A stretch of 61,994 nucleotides of DNA, counting the filler, from Sphacelaria rigidula (Eukaryota), in NCBI GenBank assembly GCA_964200075.2. It is 11 parts of 11 records of this genome, joined end to end, with 100 filler letters (N's around TTAATTAATTAA, not from the genome) between each part and the next. Parts side by side here need not be neighbours in the genome. Positions count along the whole stretch, not along the records: positions 45,161 to 50,705 come from CAXNAA020026468.1; positions 50,806 to 56,350 come from CAXNAA020026469.1; positions 56,451 to 61,994 come from CAXNAA020026470.1; 8 more parts are not named here. The stretch is one strand, 5' to 3'. Shown one piece after another: positions 50,481-61,994 of this stretch. Numbering within the stretch: position 1 is the stretch's first letter; each line of letters starts with the position of its first letter. The notes under the pieces are model-generated. The model worked only from the letters and a program-made list of their open reading frames with translations. It ran no database searches and had not been told where the DNA came from. The translations under genes were made by a program, and so were the position numbers.

Positions 50481-50705
50481 GGTAAGAATGGTTTGGATGC
50501 TGCTGGTATTTCTGCTGGAGAGGGCGAATACGTCACGCCGCTCGAGCCGACTGCAGGCCAATCAGCTGCTGCTGTTGTAGTTCAGGAGTGCGCTGAGAAA
50601 AAGGTGGCGGCTGTAGCGAGTATGGGTGATACTGCTGCTAACAGTGTTTTCGTGAGATTGAGAGTAGATGATACGATTGAAAGTGAAAAGCGGTCAATCA
50701 GTGAA

Positions 50706-50805
50706 NNNNNNNNNNNNNNNNNNNNNNNNNNNNNNNNNNNNNNNNNNNNTTAATTAATTAANNNNNNNNNNNNNNNNNNNNNNNNNNNNNNNNNNNNNNN
50801 NNNNN
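50706..50805. other. Artificial contig linker
   Basis: Same 100-bp unit. Confidence 0.98.
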
Positions 50806-52496
50806 CTTTTTCTCTTTTTGTCTTTTTCCTCGCCTGCTCCGTTCGTCCAACCTCGTGGGGGGGGGGGGGGGGGGGGGACGCCTTCTCTGACTACTGAAAC
50901 ACCATAATTTTCTATGTTCTGATTATGGCTCCCGTGAGAGCTGGTGTCAGCAAGTTCATATCAAAATAGAAGGAGTTTTGCCAATAGACGTGTCCCAGCC
51001 TTGTGCTTGTTCATCGAAAAGTTGGTTGAGAGAAGCACTGTAGAATGATGTTTTGGAGTATTTCCCAATGCATTGGAATATAACTCCTCACACGCTGGAT
51101 ATCTACACATTGTTTCGTTATCCGAATTGTTCAGATCGGGCAAAGCGGTGTTACAGCGGAAGTAAGGGACCACCACATGTTCAAGAATACATTAAACACG
51201 ACCTATTCACAGCAGCAATTGACGCAACACTTACCTGCAGGCTCATGGAAGGCGCACTCTTTCCGCGTGCAAATCCCGTGTATTCATCGCCTTTTGCGGC
51301 CACAGTATCGCGCATATTTTCATGCATTTTTTCGGAACACTGCGGTAACCCTGAAAACGTCATGCCCATATATCGAAGTACTTTGAATGCATGCAAGAGG
51401 GACAACTGACTGAAGAAAAGGAATGGCTGCATTAAACTCACAATACTGCACGAGGCAGGCGTTGAAGTTTCGCGAAATATGTTGTATTTGATTCGATGTT
51501 TCGCTGGAGGGGTCACTGGAGTGTTAGCGGAAAATGTATTACCAGCAAAAGATCCAATCTTGGGTACAAGACTCAGTGATGTGAAACGTGGTTGATTTCG
51601 TACCATTTCGCAAATGACCCTCTCTGTTGTGGATAAAAACTTAGGAATGCACTGCCGTGATGTTTCTTGTACAGCTTGCCATCCTGAATGAAGCCTTGAG
51701 GATCACTTCTCGACTTTCCTTGAGCGAGTGTTTCCGTTCTACTCACCTTGGGCACGTCATCTTGTAGATAACGACCACCACTAAATCCCTCAGGGATTAT
51801 CTCAGTCGCGACAATCAATCCATCGATCGATAAATGAGTCAATCAACCAGTTCATCAACCAATCAATTGGGACCCGCATTTCTTCCGTACCGCCCGGTCG
51901 TTCAAACTCGCAAAGGGGATTTTGACCCTTTATCGCGAGAACATGTGAGCAGGCCACACCGCTGACTATGATAGCTACGGAGCAAGCGGCGAGACATCCG
52001 AGAATATGTGGTAGAGACGTTAAGCACAACACTCAGCGCTTTTCCCCGGGTCGTTATGTTGCCGAAGTGACAAATTATCAGGAGTGGGTAATGTCAAAAA
52101 CAGTTTTTTTTCTGGTCGTCCAACACATTTTCTGTCCGTTGCATCAAATTACGTGGATTGCAACACCCGCAGGGACACATACAAGACACTGAAAGTACAA
52201 AAATTGATAAAAAAACTGTTTTATTGAGTCTTGCACGTGGTATTACCGTCGATGCGGGTCACGTGGCACGTCCCATTTCTGATAAAAGTTGTGGTCATAC
52301 TTCCAAAAATTCGCCTCCGGAGGCCCTCCGCGGACCCTCAGGGGGGCCGCTGGGAGCCCCTGACGAGAGGCCATTTTTGCCGCACAAACTTGCCCAGACC
52401 GCCTGCTGGCTATCTGAAACTCTGCTTCGAGACCCTAACGCTGTCTTGTCGTGCCCTACCTCACCCCCTCCGTTGCCTCTCTACCCCGAAACGCAG

Positions 52497-53372
52497 GCTC
52501 GGCGATGGAGCTACCCACCAGACACACCAGCGCGGCGGTTTCTGTCTCATATCCTCACCTACCCACTCACCCTAGCGGCGGGGCTGGAAGAAGCAGCTGC
52601 AAGTCAGCAAGACCGGCTGTCGGTGGTCTGCATCGGGGCGCGTGCAGAGGGCTCCCTTCCGCCCACCCTCTGGCTCGAAACGCTGATCGCCCTTCCGGAA
52701 GTGCGTCACCTTGATCTGTACCTCTTGGGTCCAGAAGTGGCCGTTCCGCTTCGTTTGCCAACCGTTGTTGGAAGCAGGAGTGGTGATAGTACCGACAGCC
52801 GGGCTCCCGGTGCCCGTGACGGCACATCAGCCCGCGTAAACTTGAATCTTTCCGGGGAAAGGACTGTAGACATCACGTGGATACGAGCTACACTTGGAGC
52901 CCCCGCGCCTGGCGATCAAGATAGACAGCGAGGGGAAGCAAAACGAGAAACGGCAGGGTCAGCAGCTAGTCCGGGTAGCAGCACTGTGGGACGGAGACCA
53001 GCGGAGGAGGAAGCGGTGGAAAAAGCGGTTCGAGGGGCGGATGCCTTCGTGCTGTTCAACCCAGGGCTTGGACATCCGCACCTTCGACAAGGTTGGGAAC
53101 CGGCAGCGAAACGGCTGCTTGCTTCGGGCGTGCCCATGATCATCACTTGCCATAGCCCCAAAGACTTGCGGCGCGACCACAAGCAACTAAACGCGATCGG
53201 GAGGTATTGTTTTGGCGTTGGTTGGGAGAGAGAGGGGCGGGGGGCGCTGATTTCGCCCCGGAAAAATGTATTCGGAAGTTTGAGACAAACCGAGGATCCG
53301 CTTGGGGAGGCCGATACCGCGGAGCTCGTTTCTCCAAATTGGGGGATGTTGATTGTGGGTGCTGAGCGATGA
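52497..53372 (+). CDS. Terminal exon of an Mss51-like (MSS51 C-terminal domain) protein
   Basis: Longest ORF in the window (52158-53372); likely exon start after the pyrimidine tract and ACGCAG at 52496 (in frame); motifs TYPLTL, IGARAEGSLP..LW, FNPGLGHP...W, P.IITCHS..D..RD, N.FGS and NWG match the Mss51 C-terminal family (recognised by eye). Confidence 0.85.
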   Translation, partial: ARRWSYPPDTPARRFLSHILTYPLTLAAGLEEAAASQQDRLSVVCIGARAEGSLPPTLWLETLIALPEVRHLDLYLLGPEVAVPLRLPTVVGSRSGDSTDSRAPGARDGTSARVNLNLSGERTVDITWIRATLGAPAPGDQDRQRGEAKRETAGSAASPGSSTVGRRPAEEEAVEKAVRGADAFVLFNPGLGHPHLRQGWEPAAKRLLASGVPMIITCHSPKDLRRDHKQLNAIGRYCFGVGWEREGRGALISPRKNVFGSLRQTEDPLGEADTAELVSPNWGMLIVGAER

Positions 53373-54088
53373 AAATACTCAAATGGTTGCTCAATGCGTG
53401 TTGGTTTCGAAAGAGCAATTCATAATGTTCGACTAGGATTCGAGCTTCCGCTGGAGTAATCGATTCGCCTATTTATGTTGAGGATCAGCGAAGATTGCAG
53501 CGAAATTCGGACGTCATTATTTTTTAATGGTTTTGTAGGACGTGCTTCTTCGACACGCAGTCCCTAGATATGTATTTCCCTTGCCGGCGCTCTACGCAGC
53601 AAATCAGATGCGAACACTACATTGTGCATGCGTGCGTACGATATCATGAAGTACGTCGTTCGCTATCTCTCTACAACGCGCAGACTCGACCGGGGCATTT
53701 TGGAACATTTGAAACATTCTGGAACGCAACAATCCAATCGACATGTCCGCAGTATTTTCAATCCGTTGGATTAAATCGGTGATATTGCGAAGAAGGAGAA
53801 ATAAGACGATGCCAGAACGGCGGAACCATTTCGCACCACAGAAAACGCAGAACATTAGCATCCATCACAGCTGTTCATGTGCATGCCCATGTACATTTCC
53901 GATCTCTATGCAGAGCTACTGACACACTGCACGGTACAGTAACGCAAAATGTATGTATACAATGTTCATCACTATCTGACGCCAGCAGATACCTACTCGT
54001 ACGGCCTCTCCAACACAATCTGTCGTCGGCGTTCCAATTTCACGAAGTGAAATTGATTTCTGCTGCGGGTAAAAATTCGACGAACCGG

Positions 54089-54130
54089 TTTTTTGCGACT
54101 CAATTTTTGCGACTCGATTTTTGCGACTTT
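54089..54130. repeat. 14-bp tandem repeat, 3 copies
   Basis: tttttgcgactc(a/g)a. Confidence 0.8.
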
Positions 54131-54829
54131 TTTGTGCTAATTTTTTCCATTCTAAAACCCCTATTGATTTCGATTTCTGGAGGAAAACTTTGTCAAACAT
54201 AAACCAAACGCATCCTGCTCCAAGGGGCACCTGGATACACAGCAGTTGCTGTTGCCTACCTAGTATCATTCTCCAAATCGAAGTCTTAAGTGAAAACGCC
54301 CAGCGTGTAGCTGCTTGGCGCGACCACTGCTTTCTGCCACGGACCCTTCCCCACGTACCCGACGAAGAGGCAACATCCCCGTACAGACAGTAGCAATGCT
54401 AGCGGATCCTACGTCCTGACAGTCTGGCAGCCGGCAAGGTGGTTATGGTAGTGTCCTTCTAGCGATATCAAATTCCAGTGCACTGGAGCAAAGTTTGCAG
54501 GTGAATATTTCGGTGATTGCCTCACCTGCAGTTCGCCCAGCGACCGTTAGGTTGAATTGCGCAGTAAAGAATATATTGCCGACTGTAATTTGTGTAATAC
54601 AGTATTACGAGTGGGACTCGTACTTCAACTCGGCAACAAATTGCAACGCTACACTTCGAGACAGCGATAGTATGTAAGAATGTCCCCCGATGTGGAATGC
54701 TACAGGCGACTTTCGCCATAGTGGCTGTGTTACCATACAGCTTCGCCCAAGATACAGGCAGCCATTACAGCGGCGGAGGCGGCCTTTCATTTCTGCGCGC
54801 GCCACCTGGAGCAAACGCACGCTGTAGCT

Positions 54830-56125
54830 GCTATCAGGAATTATGCAGGAGCAAACAGGAAAGCCACAAGATCTTCGACAGCAAAGTCAGGCACAGGATG
54901 AGGAGCCGAGCCTGGAAGCGCGCACGTCAGCGACAAGAGCGACTGCCACCCACCAGCGCATCCCACCCACGACTATGACAGCATTTCAAGAAGCACGTCT
55001 GCACACGCAGCATCAAGCCCAGATGGGACAGTCTGGCATATTAAGGGTACGCCCACATAACAGTATAAACAAGGTTTTCTTGAGATTGAAAGTTGGGTGC
55101 GGATTGAGAGTGGCTTTGATCATTCGCTTTCACTTGGCCAATTTTCCATTCCGTGTGTGCTTTTCTTCGTCTCATCACTGCCATGTGCTTACAGCTACAC
55201 GTTGATATCCTACCCAGGGGCATCGAGGGCCTTAGTGGCAGCTACTACAGAGAGAACATTGGGCCTGGTGGGGGTGCATTTCGGAACTGAAACGACTTAT
55301 TCACTAATTGACCGCTTTTCACTCTCAATCATTCCTTCAACTCTGAATTTCACGAAAAAGTTGTTCATAATAGCGTGGGATGGAACGACGAAAAGTGGTG
55401 AGGAAGTAAGACAGAAATTCATGGTCTTCAAGCTGCAGGAGCTCTGCGAAGAGGCTCTTTACACAACTTTCCCCATTAGAGTATATTTTGAAAGAGAGCA
55501 GGATTTGATCGAGAGATTCGGAAACGACTTGGTAGAGCAGGATTTGATCGAGAGATTCGGAAACGACTTGGTAGAGCAGGCCATGAAAGCATGGACCATA
55601 CTCGTCGAAAAAGTGACGTATGCTCCGCTCGTTCAGCAACTAGTGAGACTTGGTAACCCCAGCGAGGGATGAAGGTACATTGTAGACTACTACACGGTAT
55701 CCCCAACTACTGAGAAGGCGCAGTTGGAACATCAATGGCAGAGTCTAGATATGAACTTGGGAGAGGACCCCCGCATGTTTCTTGGTAGAGCAAAGTCAAT
55801 CAGATACAACCGTGCGAGACTTGGAGTCATGATATCATATTCAGATGCCAACCGGCACTACATACGCCGCTTGTCATCCGACTTTGAAATACCGCGCGGC
55901 GTCCTGCTTGCGCGGGATGAAGTAACGACAGAGACCCTTGGGCGCATGGTGATGACGGCGCATGGAGAGATGGAACTGGCCAGGAACAGGGCAGGCAGGA
56001 ATCAGGACGGGATTCAGGGCTACGCACTCGTCACTGCCACTGGGGGTGGCAGACGCGGGGACGTACTGCAAAACGGACGACGGAAAGGTGGTGAGAGACG
56101 TCGGCAACAGAATGATGTTTTTTGC
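54830..56125 (+). mobile_element. Second degenerate copy of the copia gag, with a ~330-bp insertion and a 39-bp duplication
   Basis: Homologous to 29860-30850; QDLIERFGNDLVE duplicated at 55495-55572; unrelated block at about 55035-55365. Confidence 0.85.
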
Positions 56126-56137
56126 AGTACGCCCACA

Positions 56138-56350
56138 GACAAGTGCGTGGCCCTGAATCTCGTCCTGATTCCTGCCTGCCCTCCTCCTGGCCAGTTTCAT
56201 CTCTCCATGCGCCGTCATCACCATGCGCTCAAGGGTCTCTGTCGTTACTTCATCCCGCGCAAGCAGGACGCCGCGCGGTATTTCAAAGTCGGATGACAAG
56301 CGGCGTATGTAGTGCCGGTTGGCATCTGAATATGATATCATGACTCCAAG
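56138..56350 (-). repeat. Inverted copy of 55820-56032 (copia gag)
   Basis: 213-bp arms with about 7 mismatches and a 105-bp spacer; runs to the contig end. Confidence 0.92.
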
Positions 56351-56450
56351 NNNNNNNNNNNNNNNNNNNNNNNNNNNNNNNNNNNNNNNNNNNNTTAATT
56401 AATTAANNNNNNNNNNNNNNNNNNNNNNNNNNNNNNNNNNNNNNNNNNNN
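56351..56450. other. Artificial contig linker
   Basis: Same 100-bp unit. Confidence 0.98.
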
Positions 56451-57058
56451 GGGGGGGGGGTGGGGGGCTCAGCCTGCTGTCCCCTAATTTATTGCCGAGG
56501 CTTTGGCGGAAGCGGTCAGCTGCGGTGTACAGAGATCCTTGACACGGAGACCGATGAGATGGCGGGCACGCTGGTCCCCCAAGCTCATGCACCACTCACT
56601 ATTATTAGATTTATGGGCTGATGTTTCGTGTCGTGCGTCTCGGGTACCCACCAGTAGTGTGGGCACGTCTGGCGAGGCGTGAGATAATGTTGTTACTCCG
56701 GCTGCAGGCTGTCGCTGCGGTGCGCTCGTGTCAATACATGTGTGTGAGCGTGGCCGGCATCTGAGGTCATCAGAACGGAGTGGGCAAGGAGCAGAAGCAA
56801 ATATACAAACCTCGCAAAGCCCACCAGACTTTTCGTCTTTTTTCAGTGTTTCTCGATCGATTTCTTCAACAATACTGACAAACAAAATAAAGCATCATGA
56901 CTATTTTCGAAGAAATTATCCCCGGGAGGGGGGAGTGGGGGGGGGGGGGGGGGGGAAGTTTCTGGGTACAAAAATCGTCCCACAAGCGACCTTGGGGTGG
57001 GGGACTGTTAGTACGTGCACNNNNNNNNNNAAAAAACAACAGCGTGGTGGGCTGAAAG

Positions 57059-57108
<50 letters not shown>

Positions 57109-57859
57109 AGCTCCGTGTCCGAAAATCATCTCCCAACTGACCCTTGGCATAGGTAGATTTCGTATGTCGCGAATCGGTGGGCGGCGTTTCCCGGTCTGGA
57201 CGCAGCTTTGCGTCTTGCTCCAATACCTAGGAATAGACATGCGTCCCGTTCCGGGTTCGAGCAGCGGGAAATGTCGAGCCGACAAGCTAACTATGATTCG
57301 TGGATTCTTGCCCACTTGTTTACTTGGGTTCTAAGGTCAAGCTTTGGGCAATGTTGTGCCAGAGATCAATGCAGTGACACAAATGATCATGCGATCGTGG
57401 GACTTGCCTTGCCCTGCCGCGGTTCAACCAGCACCAAGGTCTGCTGCCTTCAATCCTTGTGCGATACTCGGTTCGAAGGTATGTCCTTCGAATCAGCTTC
57501 GCAAGTACATTCCCGGAGCTTGCTTCGGATGCAGTGTGAATAGAACGAGCTCTCCGTACACCCAGCCTGGTGCAGCACCGTGAAGGTTTGCAAGCCATCA
57601 AGAATGCCTTGCAGGCCCTGCTACACGTACTCAGGATGCGGCAGGTGCGAGTTTCCAGCCAACCATTTGCACTTTGTCGGACATCAACCAAGGTGTTCAC
57701 TTGACAAGGTTTGTGCGAACCGGCCGAACATTTTGCGATGGAGCGCAGTTGATTCCAAGATGATGGACGCCACCTTAGTGACGTATAGGGCGACGCAGTT
57801 CGAGAGCATCAGTTTCTCGTAAAGCAATTAGGCTGAGGGCTTCGGGGGAGGGGAGGGAC

Positions 57860-57969
57860 GGGGGGGTGTACTCATGATCATGCATGCCATAGTCGTAAGA
57901 CCATTGACCTCGCATCCGTACAAAGCCGGGACGGAGCAAGCCGGGTTTCCGCCGGACCAGGCTCGCAAT
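57860..57969 (-). mobile_element. Family S SINE-like copy
   Basis: Reverse complement attgcgagcctggtccggcgg...ggatgcgaggtcaatggtcttacgactatggc...atgagtacacccccc. Confidence 0.8.
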
Positions 57970-58378
57970 CAATCACCAAGCGCGGAGCGCCGTAGTTTGT
58001 TCGGCGAGTCGCATGAAGGGTGAGCTGCATCGTGCAGAAATTGTTCGGCCCGAAGCCCACTGATTATCTTGCATTTGGATGACAGCCTCCCGTGAGTTGC
58101 TTTATTTTCTGGTATTGCCACTTCCAGAGACAGCCACGGCTTCCTTACTGCCTGATCGGTGTCTCACCATTTAAACACTGCGTGGTACGATCATCCCCAT
58201 CGTGCGAAGTCTAGGTTCTCCCACGCCGCACAACATGATCTAGCTGGACTATCATGATGGTAACCGCAAAAAAAACGCAAGCGCGCAAAACAAACCCGGT
58301 GACCTGGTTGCCTAGCTTACCCAGTGAATGACGTGTTTTATAGCGTCATCGCCACCCGACGCTAACCCCATCGGGGGT

Positions 58379-58430
58379 CCGTCCCTACGAAGCCGGGACG
58401 GAGCACGTCGGGTTCTCGCCGGACCAGGCA
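58379..58430 (-). mobile_element. Family S partial copy
   Basis: Reverse complement tgcctggtccggcgagaacccgacgtgctccgtcccggcttcgtagggacgg. Confidence 0.7.
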
Positions 58431-59309
58431 AAAAATCGACAAGCTCTGCACTCCCTCGTCCCCCGTCATCGGTTGCTTCAAATCGTCGATTTTCCTGTGC
58501 TCCGTACACACATGGAATATATGACAGACGCCCTCACACTCAGTCATGGTTACGTTCGTACCACGTGAGGTAAACTTACTCTGACGAGATAGGGGTAACA
58601 TGTGCTGTGTTCGCCTCAAAGACCGTTCTACACGTCATTTCCTAGACCTACAGAGGGCAGTTTAAGTTCAACCCCCAAACCTCGGGAGAGTTCGCAATCT
58701 TCATGGCTCAATACGCAGGGGAGTGTATTGGCATAATGCGCTCAGCAATCACGTTGACTGCCTCGTCGTCAGGGGGTTGGAACATGGAAACAAGCAAAAT
58801 GGTCAACGGCAACTAGGGTCTCGAGTAAAACGATTCCGAAGGTCGCAATTCCGTTCCTTCGTTATGCCGCCATCATATCAGCATTTGCCGCAATACACGA
58901 GACGAGCACCCCTCAAGAAAAAAACAACTTGCAAACTGCCGGATGTCGGTTTCGTGGCAATTCATCAAAGGCAAGCGATTGAGGTCGGGTTGTGTTCAGT
59001 ATTGGATCCACTTCGTGTCTCGGTCGTACCCAGGGGCATGATGGATGAAGGGCGCCTTTTCGAAGATGAGGTTGACCGTGTCAATCCCTCAAGCTCTTCA
59101 CAGTATGTGGGACTCTCGCAGATCCAAGCTCCACCCAAACGCAAGAAAACACACCACTCCTCGAGCTGTCCGTTCCGACTTTACCGCGGTCGCGACCATG
59201 TAACCGAGCGAGAGTTCACGAGTCTGGAAGAATGTGCTTCGCGGGCTATGGTACGACAATGACCTACGGGTCAACATGACGATTCATGAAGGTTGCAGTG
59301 GGGACTTGT

Positions 59310-59506
59310 GTAATTTGTGAGCGGATCGCGTGCTTTTTGGACCGCATGGGGGTTCAACCACCTCCATGGTGAATGTTAGCGTCAGGGTTAGTGTTAGGGG
59401 CGGGGTCTCTGCAGTGACTGGCCCGAGCGGTATTGAGAAACGTCGGTTCCGGGGTGTTGTGAACTCCGATGCGATCCAAAAAGCACGCGGTTCGCTCGCG
59501 CATTAC
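59310..59506. mobile_element. MITE with internal telomere-like repeats
   Basis: gtaatttgtgagcggatcgcgtgctttttggaccgcat...atgcgatccaaaaagcacgcggttcgctcgcgcattac; interior gttagcgtcagggttagtgttagggg. Confidence 0.8.
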
Positions 59507-60346
59507 TCTGGTACATGTTGCACATGGGGCGTGGGGCCCACTTGTTTATAGAACACAGCATTCTTCACAAGCCGCCGGCAGGGGAGACTGCAAAGGTGGA
59601 TATTCAGCACGAAAATGGACGGCCGACAGACAGTATAACGTTTTGAAGTTGAGTTGCAGTACCACACACGAAAGGCGAAAGGTGTCGTAACCCTTGTCTC
59701 AGGAGTCACATACCCCCCGTCCTCCCTCCCCACAACCGATACTTGGGGCAAAGAACGGACTTCTCAGATGCTTCTAAGTGAAACACGGACCTCTCTACAA
59801 GCCACCTGTTTTCTTTTTTCTTCGTGGATACGTACTAACTGGGTACACAGCACGGCCGACATGTTTCCAAGAAATGCCGCCGCTCTACAGGTATCGCACC
59901 AAGAGCCACTACTGACTGTACTGTGAAACGTACGGTGCTGAACGGTGGAGTTGACAACAGTTTTGTCGAGACAAAGGATATGAAAAATATGATGATGATT
60001 CAGAGAACGGTTGTGACTGTTCGGGCGTGTCTTAGCGAACCATGTTTCGATTTGATCGAAAACGTGCGGTGGAAAACACAAATTCCGCATCTGGTAGGTC
60101 GTGATTTCAACCATCTTCAAATTAAACTACGATGGTTGGATCATGAGAAATCACTCATCATTCCTTTCGAAGGCAGTAGAAATAATGCTGAGAACGTGGC
60201 AAAACTACCGACACGCGAACAGATAAGTGCGTCACACGCGGCCAATAGATCAGTGTGCACCTCTGGTGTGCGGTCCGGGCCCCATGACGAACCGAACAGC
60301 CCACTTATGGCATCCATTTTATGTTGCCTTTCTAGACGGACCGTAC

Positions 60347-60575
60347 CTGTGGATGATGTCGCAAGATCCAGTGGGTCCGCGTGGTAGCAGTTTTTCTCGT
60401 ATTCCCGAGTAGTCCAGCATCTCGAGGTCGTTGATGTTTGTCGTGTTTCTCCTCGGCCGTTCGTGGGAGTTGCAACAACACTGCCGCTGCTCCCCCCGCC
60501 CCCCACCAGCCCTAATGTGACGAGAAGTGCCGCTGTCAGGTTCCACAGTCGGAAAGACTTACACCCAGTCTGCAT
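60347..60575 (-). CDS. Possible first exon of a secreted protein
   Basis: ATG, signal-peptide-like LWNLTAALLVTLGLVGGG, open frame to a CAG|GTACGG donor-like site; no homology recognised. Confidence 0.3.
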
Positions 60576-60952
60576 GCTGTAGTTTATGGTCGTGATGGGC
60601 CGCTTTCAGCTGAGGTACATCTGAGCACCGGAGCGCCCACGATCACACACACTTGATCCAAGCTTGACCACCAAACGTGGCCGTCCGTCTTCCCTGATTG
60701 CAGCTGACTGTTGTGTCGACGATGTACAGCAGTCAAGTATTTCACCACAACGTAGGAAGCGGGGACCAGTAATAGCACGTTTTCAGCTCGTTCTCACAGT
60801 CACAGGCTGCGAAGTCAAGGATGCTGCACATATACTGTTCAGGATCGCACAGCACGCAATTTAGACTTGCCACTGTGCATCATTCAGCCACTCGTGCACG
60901 AAAATAATGGCCGCACATGGTTGCACGTATCGGTCCTCGAGGGGATGGTGTT

Positions 60953-61168
60953 GTAATGCGTGAGAGGATCACGTGCTGAGGGGACCGCATCGTAGGTCGA
61001 AAGACCTCAGGATCGACGTTTTTCACAACCAATCGGGCGAGTCCCTGCAGGGACCACATCCCTGACCCTGCTGTAACCCCAACACTAACAACCCAACACT
61101 AACCATAACCAAAGGGATGTTCGAATTCCGATGCGATCCTCTCAGCATGCAGTCTTCCCACGAATCAG
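60953..61168. mobile_element. Second copy of that MITE, opposite orientation
   Basis: gtaatgcgtgagaggatcacgtgctgaggggaccgcatcg...cgatgcgatcctctcagcatg; interior ccctgaccct...aacactaac...aaccataacc. Confidence 0.75.
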
Positions 61169-61429
61169 AACGGATTCATACCGTAGGCAATTCTGTGCTA
61201 TGATTCGAGACCAAACATGTAATCCACAACCCCCTCCCAGTGAGAATTACCTCGGGGGGCGGCGATTATTAGTTCCTCTTGATGCAGTGTGTACACCGTA
61301 CACCATACCACGTATCTTGAGTGCGGTGGACACTTTTTTTTCTCTCGAAGTGGCTCCCTGACTTTCCCCATACCGTGCACGGGTCTTATTAATTAGTACA
61401 TTTCGAGCGAAATACATATTTTTTCACGG

Positions 61430-61800
61430 TTGTGTTCTGTATAGGGTATGGGAATATTCGGTAGGGTGTGAAATTTTGTGCAGGACTTACACAGGTTTCG
61501 GCTACGGGTATGGGAGTGATGAAGAACCCACAGAACTTGTTGGGGTAAGGTATGGAGGTTGTACAAAAGCCCTGACCCGCAATCGGGTATTTTTACAAGG
61601 GTATACGCGGACTCCGGGTAGGGGTGAACATTTCATACAGATCGTACAGAACTGCCGGGGATCAGTATTGGAGGCTTATACAGCTTACAGAACAGCTGTC
61701 GTGTACGAGTATAGGAACCTTACAGATGTCACATGTAATTGTGGGAACGGATAATACCCTGGTACGTTCCCCGGGTATACGAAAACTCCTACCCTGCAAA
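61430..61800. repeat. Degenerate short-period repeat (acagaa...gggtatgg motifs)
   Basis: Recurrent gggtat(g)g and acagaac words at roughly 30-35-bp spacing. Confidence 0.45.
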
Positions 61801-61994
61801 ACAACATCACCTTAAAATATCCCGGAACCATTCGATACCCTTCTATGGTGTTTGCTCATAGTTTTGTTTGGGTCTGGTTTTGGTCTTCCCCCTCCCGTTA
61901 GGATCCCTCTGAGTACGGTTGAGGAGGAGAGAATTTCAACGTTAACAAGAGTCATCCTACGATAGGGGGGGGGGGTATTTGGTTGCACAACATA

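Noticed and set aside
52158..52496. N-terminal 113 codons of the 404-aa ORF
   Set aside because: Starts at TTG, lacks family motifs and ends in a polypyrimidine tract plus CAG; probably an intron that is open by chance.
57860..57969. HDV-like ribozyme at the family S 5' end
   Set aside because: A 7-bp GCGAGCC/GGCUUGC helix exists in one copy, but P2/P3/L3 and P1.1 cannot be built and the helix is not kept in the 11010 copy.

Overview
This window is not one locus. It is 11 unrelated, size-sorted contigs (ten of 5545 bp, the last 5544 bp) joined by an artificial 100-bp linker (44 N + TTAATTAATTAA + 44 N), so nothing can be inferred across the linkers. The DNA is eukaryotic, repeat-rich and intron-containing. 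The element types and exon style suggest a stramenopile such as a brown alga, but that is inference. Two host-gene exons are reasonably supported: an Mss51-like C-terminal domain exon (52497-53372) and a Frag1/DRAM/Sfk1-like terminal exon (13017-13332). The rest is mostly decayed transposable elements: an RTE-type LINE with a (CAAT)n tail, a second LINE family (RTEX-like, 'LINE-B') ending in C-tracts, two copies of a Ty1/copia element, several MITEs and other non-autonomous DNA transposons, dispersed repeats and minisatellites. Most ORFs in the supplied track are spurious. I found no CRISPR array, rRNA, tRNA or clear viral gene, and no intact new protein system. The most interesting observations are: (i) a structured 3' end without poly(A), followed by C-tracts, shared by LINE-B and a ~115-bp SINE-like partner; (ii) a DNA-transposon family with CACACCCTGGAC termini and 8-bp target duplications, including a 1.7-kb composite member packed with CAATAT/ATATTG motifs; (iii) a MITE carrying degenerate telomere-like repeats.
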